From Nemertoderma westbladi (lineage: Eukaryota; Animalia; Xenacoelomorpha): 64,000 nt of DNA. Positions 12,841 to 25,540 of this stretch are shown piece after piece. A program made the position numbers and the translations under genes. Each line of letters opens with the position of its first letter. Position 1 is the first letter of the stretch. The stretch is from NCBI GenBank assembly GCA_032718475.1, contig JAUCBJ010001302.1:18887-82886 (forward strand), in the 5' to 3' direction. The notes beneath the pieces are model-generated. The model saw only the letters and a list, made by a program, of their open reading frames with translations. It was not told where the DNA came from and searched no databases.

Positions 12841-13689
12841 TATATGTGGCTGGCCACGAGAAAAGGGACCTTATGTCACCGGAGGTCGATTTTGAGTTAT
12901 TAGGCCTATGAGATGCAGAATTTTCCAGAGATTTTAACAAAAAAAACGGTGTCTCAATATCTATTTCCAAAAAAAAGTTATAGCGATTTATGTGAAGGTG
13001 AATCGGGTAGCAAAAAAATTTTTATTAATAGCGGTTATAATAAGCGATTATTAAAAAAAATGGAAAATATTAATAATATCATAGCAATTCTTACTATATA
13101 GTTAGGCAGCTCAATGTTATTCGGCTTTTTATACAACTTTTAACACTTTGAAACTATTAATATTGTTCATGAACTATTTTAAAAAAAATTTTGCAAAATT
13201 TTCAAAAAAACATGTAACCAAAAAAAATTTTTTTTTATTTAAAATTTTTTCAAAAAGATAAATTTTTTTAACAAAATTTAAAATTATTTGTATTTTGAAT
13301 TCTTTATTGGGATTACAAAATTTAAGAACTAACGAAGATAAATTAAGAAAATGACAGCCATATTGCATTTAAAAAATAACTGTAGGCCTACAGTACCTAC
13401 ATATTACAGTAGTACAATTACAATTTATTACAGTCCTAAATTCAGACATGAAAACCCTAAGACAGTGTTATATACAACACTGCAACATCTTATATTGCTT
13501 CCTGTAATTAGTTATTTCCTAGGTATATTGAATATCAGAACCAATTTGAATTTCCCTCATCGTTTTATACATTTCTAAATTGATAATCCAATTAAATTTG
13601 TTCAAAAATAGAGGGAAACTTTAAACGCGATTATCTCAGAATCAGGTTTTGCGACATAAGGTCCCTTTTCTCGTGGCCAGCCACATATA
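12841..13689. mobile_element. MITE with 37-bp perfect terminal inverted repeats, TA-flanked
   Basis: tatatgtggctggccacgagaaaagggaccttatgtc ... gacataaggtcccttttctcgtggccagccacatata. Confidence 0.9.
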
Positions 13690-16399
13690 CTGTCTTAATG
13701 ATCTTCTCTTAATAGTAGTTGTATTGTGGGGCGAGCCATGAAAATGGCGGAGCTTTAGCAAACTGAAGTGAAGTTGTTGAAGTGAAAATATGTAGGCATC
13801 AATCAATAGGGCCAAAAGTTAGGATTTTTGAAGCTCAACAGTCTCCCGCTAGGGCTACATGTCTAAAGCCGCTAAAGGGCTAAATGTATGAAAGTGAATA
13901 CCTTCCACCGTTTCCTTGATTTTAATCCGTATATGTCTGAAATTAAACGTGTTATTTATTATAATTGGTTAGGGGACATCTGCTTATATTTTAAATTTAA
14001 TTGTTTTGAGTTAACACTTAACATAAGTTTCTGCTACGTTCTGTGCGATGCCCCACTTCGTGTAAGTTGTGGGCAACGGAGACGCATTAATAATAATTTA
14101 TTTAACACTATATTACTGGATGCAAAGCGATGTATATATATTTACTTAGCCTCAGCTCACGTCTATGGTATAATGAGACGTGACACACTCCATATCGTAG
14201 CAGAATTGACGCAACATTATTACTTAAATATTCATATTGAAATATGTAATTCATATATGCAGCTGTAATATTTACGTGATGAGCGTTACATTTTGACAAC
14301 AGTAAATTAGGATAAAATATACCCGGGCAGCTTCTGAATATTCATGGTAGGTTATTTAATAGCCATGAATATATCCTTAAAATCATATTCTTGTGATAAT
14401 ATTTATACAATACAATGTATATCGCAGATTAAATAGGGCCAGGATTAAATACTCAGCTAATCATTTTGTGAGATAAACAATAAGCAAGCTTTCTAATTAG
14501 TCTGGCTCATAGATGTAATTTACCCTTTCCACGCTGGCTCGAGTAGTGGTGACGTACGTTTGACTGGTTTCCAGCTAGGCAATAGCAAGCACGCCGGCCA
14601 TGCAGGGGTGTGGAGCTGGAAGTATAGGGTATGGAGAGATGGGGCACTTTATTAGTTAATTATGTTTAGATCAATTAAAAACACATTATTAAAGTAAATC
14701 ACTTGAACTAATTAAAAACTATAATGGAGTGGTGTATGTGAATTACAGATGTATAATTCATGCGTGTTGTAATTCATTTACAGTTAGGTCAATCTACTGA
14801 TTTACTGGGGTTGTGAGTGGATCAAAATTCGCCGTCATAGGAACAAGTTCGCAAACGATTTGTGAGTGAGACAGACTAATTAATTTTCATAAGAACAAAG
14901 TTCGCAAAAATAGGAAGAAAGATCGCTGTGAATTTTACAAAATTCTCATTTTCACGTTTTAGGAACAAAGTTCATTAGCTTTGTAACTATTTGCTAGATA
15001 ATTATTAGCTGAAGAACTATTATCTGAATAGCATTCGTTAGGTTAGAGAACTAATTGGCTGCGGAACTATTAGCTGAAAAACAATTTCCTGGATAACTAT
15101 AAGCTGGAGAACTATAGCTGGTTAATTATTAGCTGGATAACTATTAGCTGGGAGCTAATTTCTTCAGGATTGTCCAACTCTTAGGTGGTGAAGGTAAAGT
15201 TCACTATGCACCAGATGCATTAGCATTTTCTAGACTCATCCTAAAAATGAGATGGAGCAATATACGAAGACAATATATGATGATGAAACATCTGAGGAAC
15301 TATGGATGGACCCATCATCGTTGCAATCAACATGATGAATGTCCCGCAACAAAATATTAACTATCGTCATAGCATAAATATGTATATTACATAGCAAATT
15401 CGAAATGGGTTTCCAGAACATAAGGTTTAACTGGACATAAAAATGTGACCTTATTGGAGCGCACATGCAGATCTAAGTTTATACTTTACAGCAGGGTTAA
15501 TATTAAAAGGTCGCCAAGTAGTTATACCAAAAAATTAACGAAGAAAGGTAACGGAACAACTGCATGCTGCACACAATGGTCAGACTGCATGCTGCACATA
15601 ATGGACAAACTGCATGCTGCTCACAATGGTCAGACTGCTTGCTGCACACAATGGTCAGACAAAGACTATAGAAAGGGCTGTCAGTGTCGGTTTGGTGTCC
15701 GATTATGTGAAATTACATATTACATTATAGAGAAGAGTGTTACTGTGCAGAATTCCGTCCATTCGAATTCAAAGAACCACAATAACACCACACCCCGGCA
15801 ACAAAACCCATGCAGATAATGCACCCTGACATTGGTAGCCAGCCATAAAACAACAAGAATATCAGTTAGAAAAAATCTGGAGCTCTTATATTATAACGCC
15901 CGTTCGTATATTAATATACTTAAATGTTACTAGTTAGTTACATTTAACTTGAAGTAACATTTAAGTTGTTAGGTGGCACGGTTCGCTACTTATGTATTCA
16001 TCAGTCAGTGTCAGTATGTAGCCCCGAACTACATGGGGTTGTCTGGTGCCACTCTGGTGTATCATGTCTGTATGTAGTAGGCTTATACGGGTGTGTAGTT
16101 TTTTTAGCGTTAGTTTAGTTGGTTTTATATTTTGGATATTTTTGTGGCGGGTACCTATGACCCTGAAGATGTCCCGAGGGGTGAAATTGATTGGTCGGTA
16201 GCGGTGATGGTTGATATAACTAACTAGTAACATTTAAGTATATTAATATACGAATGGGCGTTGTAAAGGCTCCAGATTTGTTCTAACTGATATCCTGTTG
16301 TTTTATACGTTATGAACTCCCTGCAGTCGGCATGTCGTTTCCTGAATAACTTTAATATTGGTAGCCATGGCGGAAATAAATTTTTGATCACAACAGATG

Positions 16400-19300
16400 G
16401 GCCCATGTGAACTTTCCCAGAGTGACCAGGAAAGTCGAAATAAAATGGGTCAACATTTGTTTAAAGGGGTGGGTGGGTGGCTTGGTCGGTCGGTTGGTCG
16501 GTGGGAAGGTGGGAATGTAGGAAGTTGGGAATGTGGGAAGGTGGATGGGAATGTGGGAATGCGGGAAGGTGGATGGGAATTTGGGAAGGATGGTGCGAAT
16601 GTAGGAAGATGGTTATGTGGGAAGTTGGGTGGGAATGTAGGAAGATGGGAAGGTGGGTGGGAATGTAGGAAGATGGGAATGTGGGAAGATGGGAAGGTGG
16701 ATGGGAATTTCGGAAGGTCGGTGGGAATGTAGGAAGATGGGAATGTGGGAAGTTGGATGAGAATGTGGGTAGGTGAGTGGGAATGTAGGAAGATGAGAAT
16801 ATGGGAACGTTGTTTTTACCTACCAATTGAGGGAAAGGAGCAGGTTACAGCAACGGGCTTTTCTATCCAAACAATATACATTGTTATTCACATCTTCCCA
16901 CATTTCCATCAACCTTCCCACCTCCCTACAATCCTATGAACATTCCCATCTTCCCACCCAGCCACCATCCCATATTCCCATCCACCTCCCTACATTCCCA
17001 TCATCCTACATTCCTATCATCCATCTTTCCACATTCCCATCCACCTTCCCATCTTCCTACATTACCATCCACCTTCCCACATTCTCATACATCTTTCCAC
17101 ATTCCCATCCACCTTCCCACATTCCCATCTTCCTACATTCCCATCCACTTTCCCACATTCCCATCCACCTTCCCATCTTCCCACATTCCCGTCCAACTTC
17201 ACACATTCCCATCTTCCTCATTCCCTCCCACTTTCCACATTCCCATCTTCCCACATTCCCATCCACCTTCCCAAATTATCATCTTCCCACATTCCCATCT
17301 TCCTACATTCTCACCCACCTTCCCATCTTCCTACATTCCCATCCACCTTCCCATCTTTATACATTCCCATCCACCTTCCCATCTTCCCACATTCCCGTCC
17401 AACTTCACACATTCCCATCTTCCTCATTCCCTCCCACTTTCCACATTCCCATCTTCCCACATTCCCATCCACCTTCCCAAATTATCATCTTCCCACATTC
17501 CCATCTTCCTACATTCTCACCCACCTTCCCATCTTCCTACATTCCCATCCACCTTCCCATCTTTATACATTCCCATCCACCTTCCCACATTCCCATCAAC
17601 CTTCCCAAATTCCCATCCACCTTCCCACATTCCCATCTCCCTACATTCTCATCCACCTTCCTATCTTCCCATCTTCCTACAATCCCACACACCTTCCCAC
17701 ATTCCCATCCACCTCCCCATAATCCCACATTCCCATCCACCTTCCCACATTCCCATCTTCCCACATTCCCATCCACCTTCCCACATTCCTCATTCCCACC
17801 CACCTTCCCACATTCCCATCCACCTTCCCACATTCCCACACACCTTCCCACATTCCCATCCACCTCCCCATATTCCCACATTCCCATCCACCTTCCCACA
17901 TTCTCATCTTCCTACATTCCCATCCATCTTCCCACATTCCCATCTTCCCACATTCCCATCCACCTTCCCACATTCTCATATTCCTACATTCCCATCCATC
18001 TTCCCACATTCCCATCTTCCCACATTCCTATCTTCCAACATTCTCATCTTCCCACATTCCCATCTTCCTACATTACCATCCACCTTCCCACATTCTCATC
18101 CATCTTACCATCTTCCCACATTCCCAGCTTCCTACATTCCCATCCACTCCCACATTCCCATCTTCCTACATTCCAATCCACCTTCCCACATTCCCATCTT
18201 CCCACATTCCCATCTTGCCACATTCCCATCTTCCTCATTCCCACCCACCTTCCCACATTCCCATCCACCTTCCCATCTCCCCACATTCCCATCCACCTTC
18301 CCACATTCCCATCTTCCTACATTCCCATCTTCCCACATTCCCAACCACCTTCCCATCTTCCCACATACCCACCCACCTTCCCATCTTCCCACATTCCCAT
18401 CCAACTTCCCATCTTCCTCATTCCCTCCCACCTTTTCACATTCCCATCTTCCCACATTCCCATCCACATTCCCAAATTCTCATCTTCCCACATTCCCATC
18501 TTCCTACATTCTCCCATCCACCTTCCCATATTCTCACATTCCCATATACCTTCCTATCTTCCCACATCCCCATCTTCCCACATTCCCACACACCTTCCCA
18601 CATTCCCATCCACCTCCCCATATTCCCACATTCCCATCCACCTTCCCACATTCTCATCTTCCTACATTCCCATCCATCTTCCCACATTCCCATCTTCCCA
18701 CATTCCCATCTTCCCACATTCCCATCTTCCCACATTCCCATCTTCCCACATTCTCATCTTCCTACATTCCCATCCATCTTCCCACATTCCCATCCATCTT
18801 CCCACATTCCCATCTTCCTACATTCCCATCTTCCCACATTCCCATCCATCTTCCCACATTCCCATCTTCCTACATTCCCATCCACCTTCCCACATTCTCA
18901 TCCATCTTACCATCTTCCCACATTCCCAGCTTCCTACATTCCCATCCACCTTCCCACATTCTCATCTTCCTACATTCCAATCCACATTCTCATCTTCCCA
19001 CATTCCCATCTTCCTCATTCCCACCCACCTTCCCACATTCCCATCCACCTTCCCATCTACCCACATTCCCATCCACCTTCCCACATTCCCATCTTCCTAC
19101 ATTCCCATCTTCCCACATTCCCATCCACCTTCCCATCTTCCCACATTCCCATCCAACTTCCCATCTTCCTCATTCCCTCCCACCTTTTCACATTCCCATC
19201 TTCCCACATTCCCATCCACATTCCCAAATTCTCATCTTCCCACATTCCCATCTTCCTACATTCTCCCATCCACCTTCCCATATTCTCACATTCCCATCCA

Positions 19301-19633
19301 CCTTCCCACATTCCCATCTTCCCACATTCCCATCCACCCACATTCCCATCTTAACCCACCTTCCCACCCACCCACCCACCTTCCCTTCCCTTCCCACCCA
19401 CCGACCTTCTCACTCAACGTCCGACCGACTGATCAACAGACCATCCCCCCTCAAAAAAGAGGACTTCGCGCAGCACGTGAATACCAAAACACCCCCATGT
19501 GAAGTTTCCCAGACTGTTTGGGAAGATGGTCGAAAATACGAAAGTTGCCTAATGATAGTGAATGGGCCAAATTCCTTTTCGATGTGTTTTTTTTTCGCTG
19601 GGAATGGGAATCATGGGAAGCTTCACATGGGCG
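16400..19633. mobile_element. TIR element (GGCCCATGTGAA...TTCACATGGGCG) with 8-bp TSD AACAGATG, filled with a TTCCCA-rich satellite
   Basis: TSD at 16392-16399 and 19634-19641; satellite is G-rich at 16465-16805 and C-rich at 16890-19400; the right end is duplicated (second end 22133, TSD 22134-22141). Confidence 0.8.
16890..19400. repeat. Complex C-rich satellite (ttcccaca/ttcccatc/cacc units)
   Basis: Low-complexity sequence; gives rise to the spurious P/H/S-rich ORFs. Confidence 0.95.
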
Positions 19634-20097
19634 AACAGATGAGTATTCAGGTTGGATCTCTGTGTATGAATGTGTAGAGCAAACACTGATACGAAAGCAA
19701 TCTGTAGAAAACTCACAATGGGTTTCGTGATTACTGATTATTGTTCACCCAAAACCGGAGGCCCACCATTCAATAGCGGCGAGCTCAACAATTTTCTGAA
19801 ATCATGGGGGGGGGGGGGGTAGATAACGATATATCCTCTCTCCACCTCCCACAAACAATGGATGTGCAGAAAATGCAGTAAAGCAAGCCAAGAAACTCAT
19901 TAAATGTTGCTGGAATTAAAAAGCTGGTAGCATAGAAATGGGTAGTTTTTTGTAGGTTCTACTTGCTATTGGGCTACTTGCTTGCTGCTTGCTATTCAGA
20001 TTGGGCTGGAGGAGAGTCACCAGCAGAAATAATGTTTGGACGCAAAATTAAAGAATCCAAGGGCGCAATTCCGAGACTAAGAAACGTCAGATATTCG

Positions 20098-22592
20098 TAC
20101 ATCTTCCTACATTCCCACACACCTTCCCACATTCACATCCACCTCCCCATATTCCCACATTCCCATCCACCTTCCCACATTCTCATCTTCCTACATTCCC
20201 ATCCATCTTCCCACATTCCCATCTTCCCACATTCCCATCTTCTCACATTCCCATCCACCTTCCCATCTTCCTACTTTGCCATCCACCTTCCCACATTCTC
20301 ATCCATCTTACCATCTTCCCACATTCCCATCCACCTTCCCACATTCCCAGCTTCCTACATTCTCATCCACTTTCCCACATTCCCATATTCCTACATTCCA
20401 ATCCACCTTCCCACATTCCCATCTTCCCACATTCCCATCTTGCCACATTCCCATCTTCATCATTCCCACCCACATTCCCATCCACCTTCCCACATTCCCA
20501 TCTCCCTACATTCCCATCTTCCCAAATTCCCATACACCTTCCCATCTTCCCACATTCCCATCCATCTTCCCACATTCCCATCTTCCTCATTCCCTCCCAC
20601 CTTTCCACATTCCCATATTCCCACATTCACATCCACATTCCCCAATTCTCATCTTCCCACATTACCATCTTCCTACATTCTCACCCACCTTCCCATCTTC
20701 CTACATTCCCATCCACCTTCCCACATTCCCAGCTTCATACATTCCCATCCACTTTCCCACATTCCCATCTTCCTACATTCCAATCCACCTTCCCACATTC
20801 CCATCTTCCCACATCCCCATCTTGCCACATTCCCATCTTCCTCATTCCCACCCACCTTCCCACATTCCCATCCACCTTCCCATCTCCCCACATTCCCATC
20901 CACCTTCCCACATTCCCATCTTCCTACATTCCCGTCTTCCCACATTCCCATCCACCTGCCCACATTACCATCCACCTTCCCAAATTTTCATCTTCCTACA
21001 TTCCCATCCACCTTCCCACATTCCCATCCACCTTCCCACATTCCCATCCACCTTCCCACATTCCCATCTTCCCACATTCCCATCTTCCCACATTCCCATC
21101 TTCCCACATTCCCGTATTCCTCATTCCCACCCACCTTCCCACATTTCCATCTACCTTCCCACATTCCCATCTTCCTACATTCCCATCCACCTTCCCACAT
21201 TCCCATCTTCCCACATTCCCATCTTCCTACATTCCCATCCACCTTCCCACATTCTGATCTCCCCACATTCCCTTCCACCTTCCTAAATTCCCATCCACCT
21301 TCCCACATTCCCATCTTCCTACATTCCCATCCACCTTCCTATCTTCCCACATTCCCATCTTCATACATTCCCACACACCTTCCCACATTCCCATCCACCT
21401 CACCATATTCCCACATTCCCATCCACCTTCCCACATTCTCATCTTCCTACATTCCCATCCACCTTCCCACATTCCCATCTTCCCACATTCCCGTATTCCT
21501 CATTCCCACCCACTTTCCCACATTCCCATCAACCTCCCCATATTCCTACATTCCCATCTACCTTCCCACATTCCCATCTTCCTACATTCCCATCCACCTT
21601 CCCACATTCCCATCTTCCCACATTATCATCTTCCTACATTCCCACACACCTTCCCACATTCCCATCCACCTTCCCATATTCCCACATTCCCATCCACCTT
21701 CCCACATTCCCATCTTCCTACATTCCCACCTTCCTACATTCCCATCTTCCCATCCACCTTCCCGCATTCCCATCTTCCCACATTCCCATCCACCCACATT
21801 CCCACCCACCCACCTTCCCTTCCCACCCACCCACCTTCCCTTCCCACCCACCCACCTTCCCTTCCCTTCCCACCCACCCACCTTCCCTTCCCACCAACCC
21901 ACCTTCTCACTCAACGTCCGACCGACTAATCAACAGACCATCCCCCCTCAAAAAAAGACGACTTCGCGCAGCACGTGAATCCCAAAACACCCCCCATGTG
22001 AAGTTTCCCAGACAGTTTGGAAAGATGGTCGAAAATACGAAAGTTGCCTAATGATAGTGAATGGGCCAAATTCCTTTTCGATGTGTTTTTTTTTTTGCTG
22101 GGAATGGGAATCCTAGGAAACTTCACATGGGCGAACAGATGAGTATTCAGGTTGGATGTCTGTGTATGAATGTGTAGAGCAAACACTGATACGAAAGCAA
22201 TCTGTAGAAAACTCACAATGGGTTTCGTGATTACTGATTATTGTTCACCCAAAACCGGAGGCCCACCATTTAATAGCGGCGAGCTCAACAATTTTCTGAA
22301 ATCATGGGGGGGTAGATAACGATATATCCTCTCTCCACCTCCCACAAACAATGGATGTGCAGAAAATGCAGTAAAGCAAGCCAAGAAACTCATTAAATGT
22401 TGCTGGAATGAAAAAGCTGGAAGCATAGAAATGGGTAGTTTTTTGTAGGTTCTACTTGCTATTGGGCTACTTGCTATTCAGATTGGGCTGGAGGAGTGTT
22501 ACCAGCAGAAATAATGTTTGGACGCAGAATTAAAGAACCTCTTCCAACCCGTCCAAGTGCGCAATTCCGAGACTAAGAAACGTCAGATATTC
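20098..22592. repeat. ~2.5-kb tandem segmental duplication (satellite 20100-21900, TIR end and 5' part of integrase)
   Basis: Unique sequence 19405-20097 recurs at 21902-22592 (offset about 2497) with scattered differences. Confidence 0.85.
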
Positions 22593-22734
22593 GAAATCAA
22601 CGTGCCAACTCTGTGGACGATAGACGAGAAATGAAAAGGAAACAGTATGACGAGGACACAAAACCCTTGGATAGCCTCGCCATTGGCCGTCGCGTTGTTG
22701 TCCAAGATCCAAAATATTAACGGTGGGCGGTACA

Positions 22735-24566
22735 GGCACGTTAACAGCACACACATCACACCATGATAGCGGCACGTTAACAGCACACACATCACACCAT
22801 GATAGCGGCACGTTAACAGCACACACATCACACCATGATAGCGGCACGTTAACAGCACACACATCACACCATGATAGCGGCACGTTGACAGCACACACAT
22901 CACACCATGATAGCGGCACGTTAACAGCACACACATCACACCATGATAGCGGCACGTTAACAGCACACACATCACACCATGATAGCGGCACGTTAACAGC
23001 ACACACATCACACCATGATAGCGGCACGTTAACAGCACACACATCACACCATGATAGCGGCACGTTAACAGCACACACATCACACCTTGATAGCGGCACG
23101 TTAACAGCACACACATCACACCATGATAGCGGTACGTTAACAGCAGACACATCACACCATGATAGCGGCACGTTAACAGCACACACATCACACCATGATA
23201 GCGGCACGTTAACAGCACACACATCACACCATGATAGCGGCACGTTAACAGCACACACATCACACCATGATAGCGGCACGTTAACAGCACACACATCACA
23301 CCATGATAGCGGCACGTTAACAGCACACACATCACACCATGATAGCGGCACGTTAACAGCACACACATCACACCATGATAGCGGCACGTTAACAGCACAC
23401 ACATCACACCATGATAGCGGCACGTTAACAGCACACACATCACACCATGATAGCGGCACGTTAACAGCACACACATCACACCATGATAGCGGCACGTTAA
23501 CAGCACACACATCACACCATGATAGCGGCACGTTAACAGCACACACATCACACCATGATAGCGGCACGTTAACAGCACACACATCACACCATGATAGCGG
23601 CACGTTAACAGCACACACATCACACCATGATAGCGGCACGTTAACAGCACACACATCACACCATGATAGCGGCACGTTAACAGCACACACATCACACCTT
23701 GATAGCGGCACGTTAACAGCACACACATCACACCATGATAGCGGTACGTTAACAGCAGACACATCACACCATGATAGCGGCACGTTAACAGCACACACAT
23801 CACACCATGATAGCGGCACGTTAACAGCACACACATCACACCATGATAGCGGCACGTTAACAGCACACACATCACACCATGATAGCGGCACGTTAACAGC
23901 ACACACATCACACCATGATAGCGGCACGTTAACAGCACACACATCACACCATGATAGCGGCACGTTAACAGCACACACATCACACCATGATAGCGGCACG
24001 TTAACAGCACACACATCACACCATGATAGCGGCACGTTAACAGCACACACATCACACCATGATAGCGGCACGTTAACAGCACACACATCACACCATGATA
24101 GCGGCACGTTAACAGCACACACATCACACCATGATAGCGGCACGTTAACAACACACATATCACACCATGATAGCGGCACGTTAACAGCACACACATCACA
24201 CCATGATAGCGGCACGTTAACAACACACACATCACACCATGATAGCGGCACGTTAACAGCACACACATCACACCATGATAGCGGCACGTTAACAGCACAC
24301 ACATCACACCTTGATAGCGGCACGTTAACAGCACACACATCACACCATGATAGCGGTACGTTAACAGCACACACATCACACCATGATAGCGGCACGTTAA
24401 CAGCACACACATCACACCATGATAGCGGCACGTTAACAGCACACACATCACACCATGATAGCGGCACGTTAACAGCACACACATCACACCATGATAGCGG
24501 CACGTTAACAGCACACACATCACACCATGACAGAGGCACGTTAACAGCACACACATCACACCATGA
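22735..24566. repeat. 36-bp minisatellite (ggcacgttaacagcacacacatcacaccatgatagc), about 51 copies, with a 17-unit (612-bp) higher-order period
   Basis: The linked variants caccttga and ggtacg recur near 23086, 23698 and 24310. Confidence 0.95.
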
Positions 24567-24939
24567 CTATATCGTTTTAGTGGAGATCGTTTCATATTGA
24601 GGAATCGACATTTCGTACACAGAAAATTAACAAATATTGGCGAACTATTTACGCCATCTTATAAGGGATTACTTACTTACTTTTCTATACCTGTACTCGA
24701 TTTGTTTTACATTGTATTGATTGTATATTATAAGGGGTCGTCAAAAAATTTCGTGACGCCAGAGTAGAGTTGTGTGCTTAATAAGGTACAGATAGGGTAT
24801 AGATACTTACTACTACAACAGTTAATGTAGTTATTTCTTTATTTGTGGTAAGTGTTACTTTTCTCTATTTATCGCGTTTGTAGTAATCTGTTTCTATTTG
24901 CAGTGGTTGTAGTAACCTGTTACTTTTCTATATTTGTAG

Positions 24940-25074
24940 TAGACTCAGTTACTGGGGATGACGAGGACCATTGCCATGGCACCGGTAAAACGCAATCTCG
25001 TAACCGACGAGCGAAACGACAACTGAGTATAGCGTGTGCGCTCTGCTTCACCTTCATGATCGCGGAGATAATCG
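24940..25074 (+). CDS. SLC30A2-like: SLC30/ZnT zinc transporter exon 2 (HCH motif, TM1)
   Basis: DSVTGDDEDHCHG...AKRQLSIACALCFTFMIAEIIG; TAGTAG tandem acceptor (start 24940 or 24943); GTGAGT donor. Confidence 0.9.
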
Positions 25075-25393
25075 GTGAGTTGGGATCCGTAAACCCGCGG
25101 GTACCACAACACCGGAGACAACCCAATAAGTTACCTGTAAGGCTTGGACACTCCATTCTTACACCCAGGGTTCAACACTCGACAGTTATCAAGACCATTT
25201 CTTTAGTGACCAGACCACTATTGGTCGGGTTATATCAGAGTAATGGCAGTGACTGGAAGTGTAATATTAGTATACATGTATAACTTTATAATTATAGTTC
25301 TTAATAATATATTCTTCTTAAAGCATTTTTAAAACAGACATTTTTAAACCTTTACTTAACAGATTTACCCAACATACTGTTTCTCGTTTATAG

Positions 25394-25540
25394 GCGGATA
25401 TATAGCCAATTCGCTAGCTATAATGACAGACGCTGCTCACATGCTCAGCGACTTTGCTTCCTTTTTAATCAGTCTGTTCGCCATTTGGGTGGCTTCTAAG
25501 CCAGCGACCCAACGTATGAGTTTCGGATATTATCGTGCAG
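25394..25540 (+). CDS. SLC30A2-like: SLC30/ZnT exon 3 (TM2 zinc site HxxxD)
   Basis: GYIANSLAIMTDAAHMLSDFASFLISLFAIWVASKPATQRMSFGYYRA; AG/GT boundaries, phase 1 to 1. Confidence 0.97.

Larger units (their letters stand above)
16300..24640 (+). pseudogene. Decayed Ty3/Gypsy integrase, interrupted and partly duplicated
   Basis: Removing the insertions gives GGNKFLITTD|EYSGW ... GGPPFNSGELNNFLKSWG ... NGCAENAVKQAKKLIKC ... SPAEIMFGRRIKEPLP ... LDSLAIGRRVVVQDP ... GTLTAHTSHHDYIV ... LRNRHF, matching the Gypsy integrase core and C-terminal motifs, with stops and frameshifts. Confidence 0.8.

Noticed and set aside
15975-16005. Minus-strand CTGATGA...CGAA hammerhead-like string (similar partial cores at 32080-32115 and 43559)
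   Set aside because: The GAAA core or stems I and III are missing.
16461-21978. Long P/H/S-rich and W/G/E-rich ORFs (up to 913 aa)
   Set aside because: Translations of a stop-poor satellite, open in several frames and on both strands.
22530-24600. 625-674 aa repeat ORFs (His-rich or CxxC-rich, superficially metal-binding next to a zinc transporter)
   Set aside because: A 36-bp tandem array open on both strands; the unit traces to a decayed integrase.
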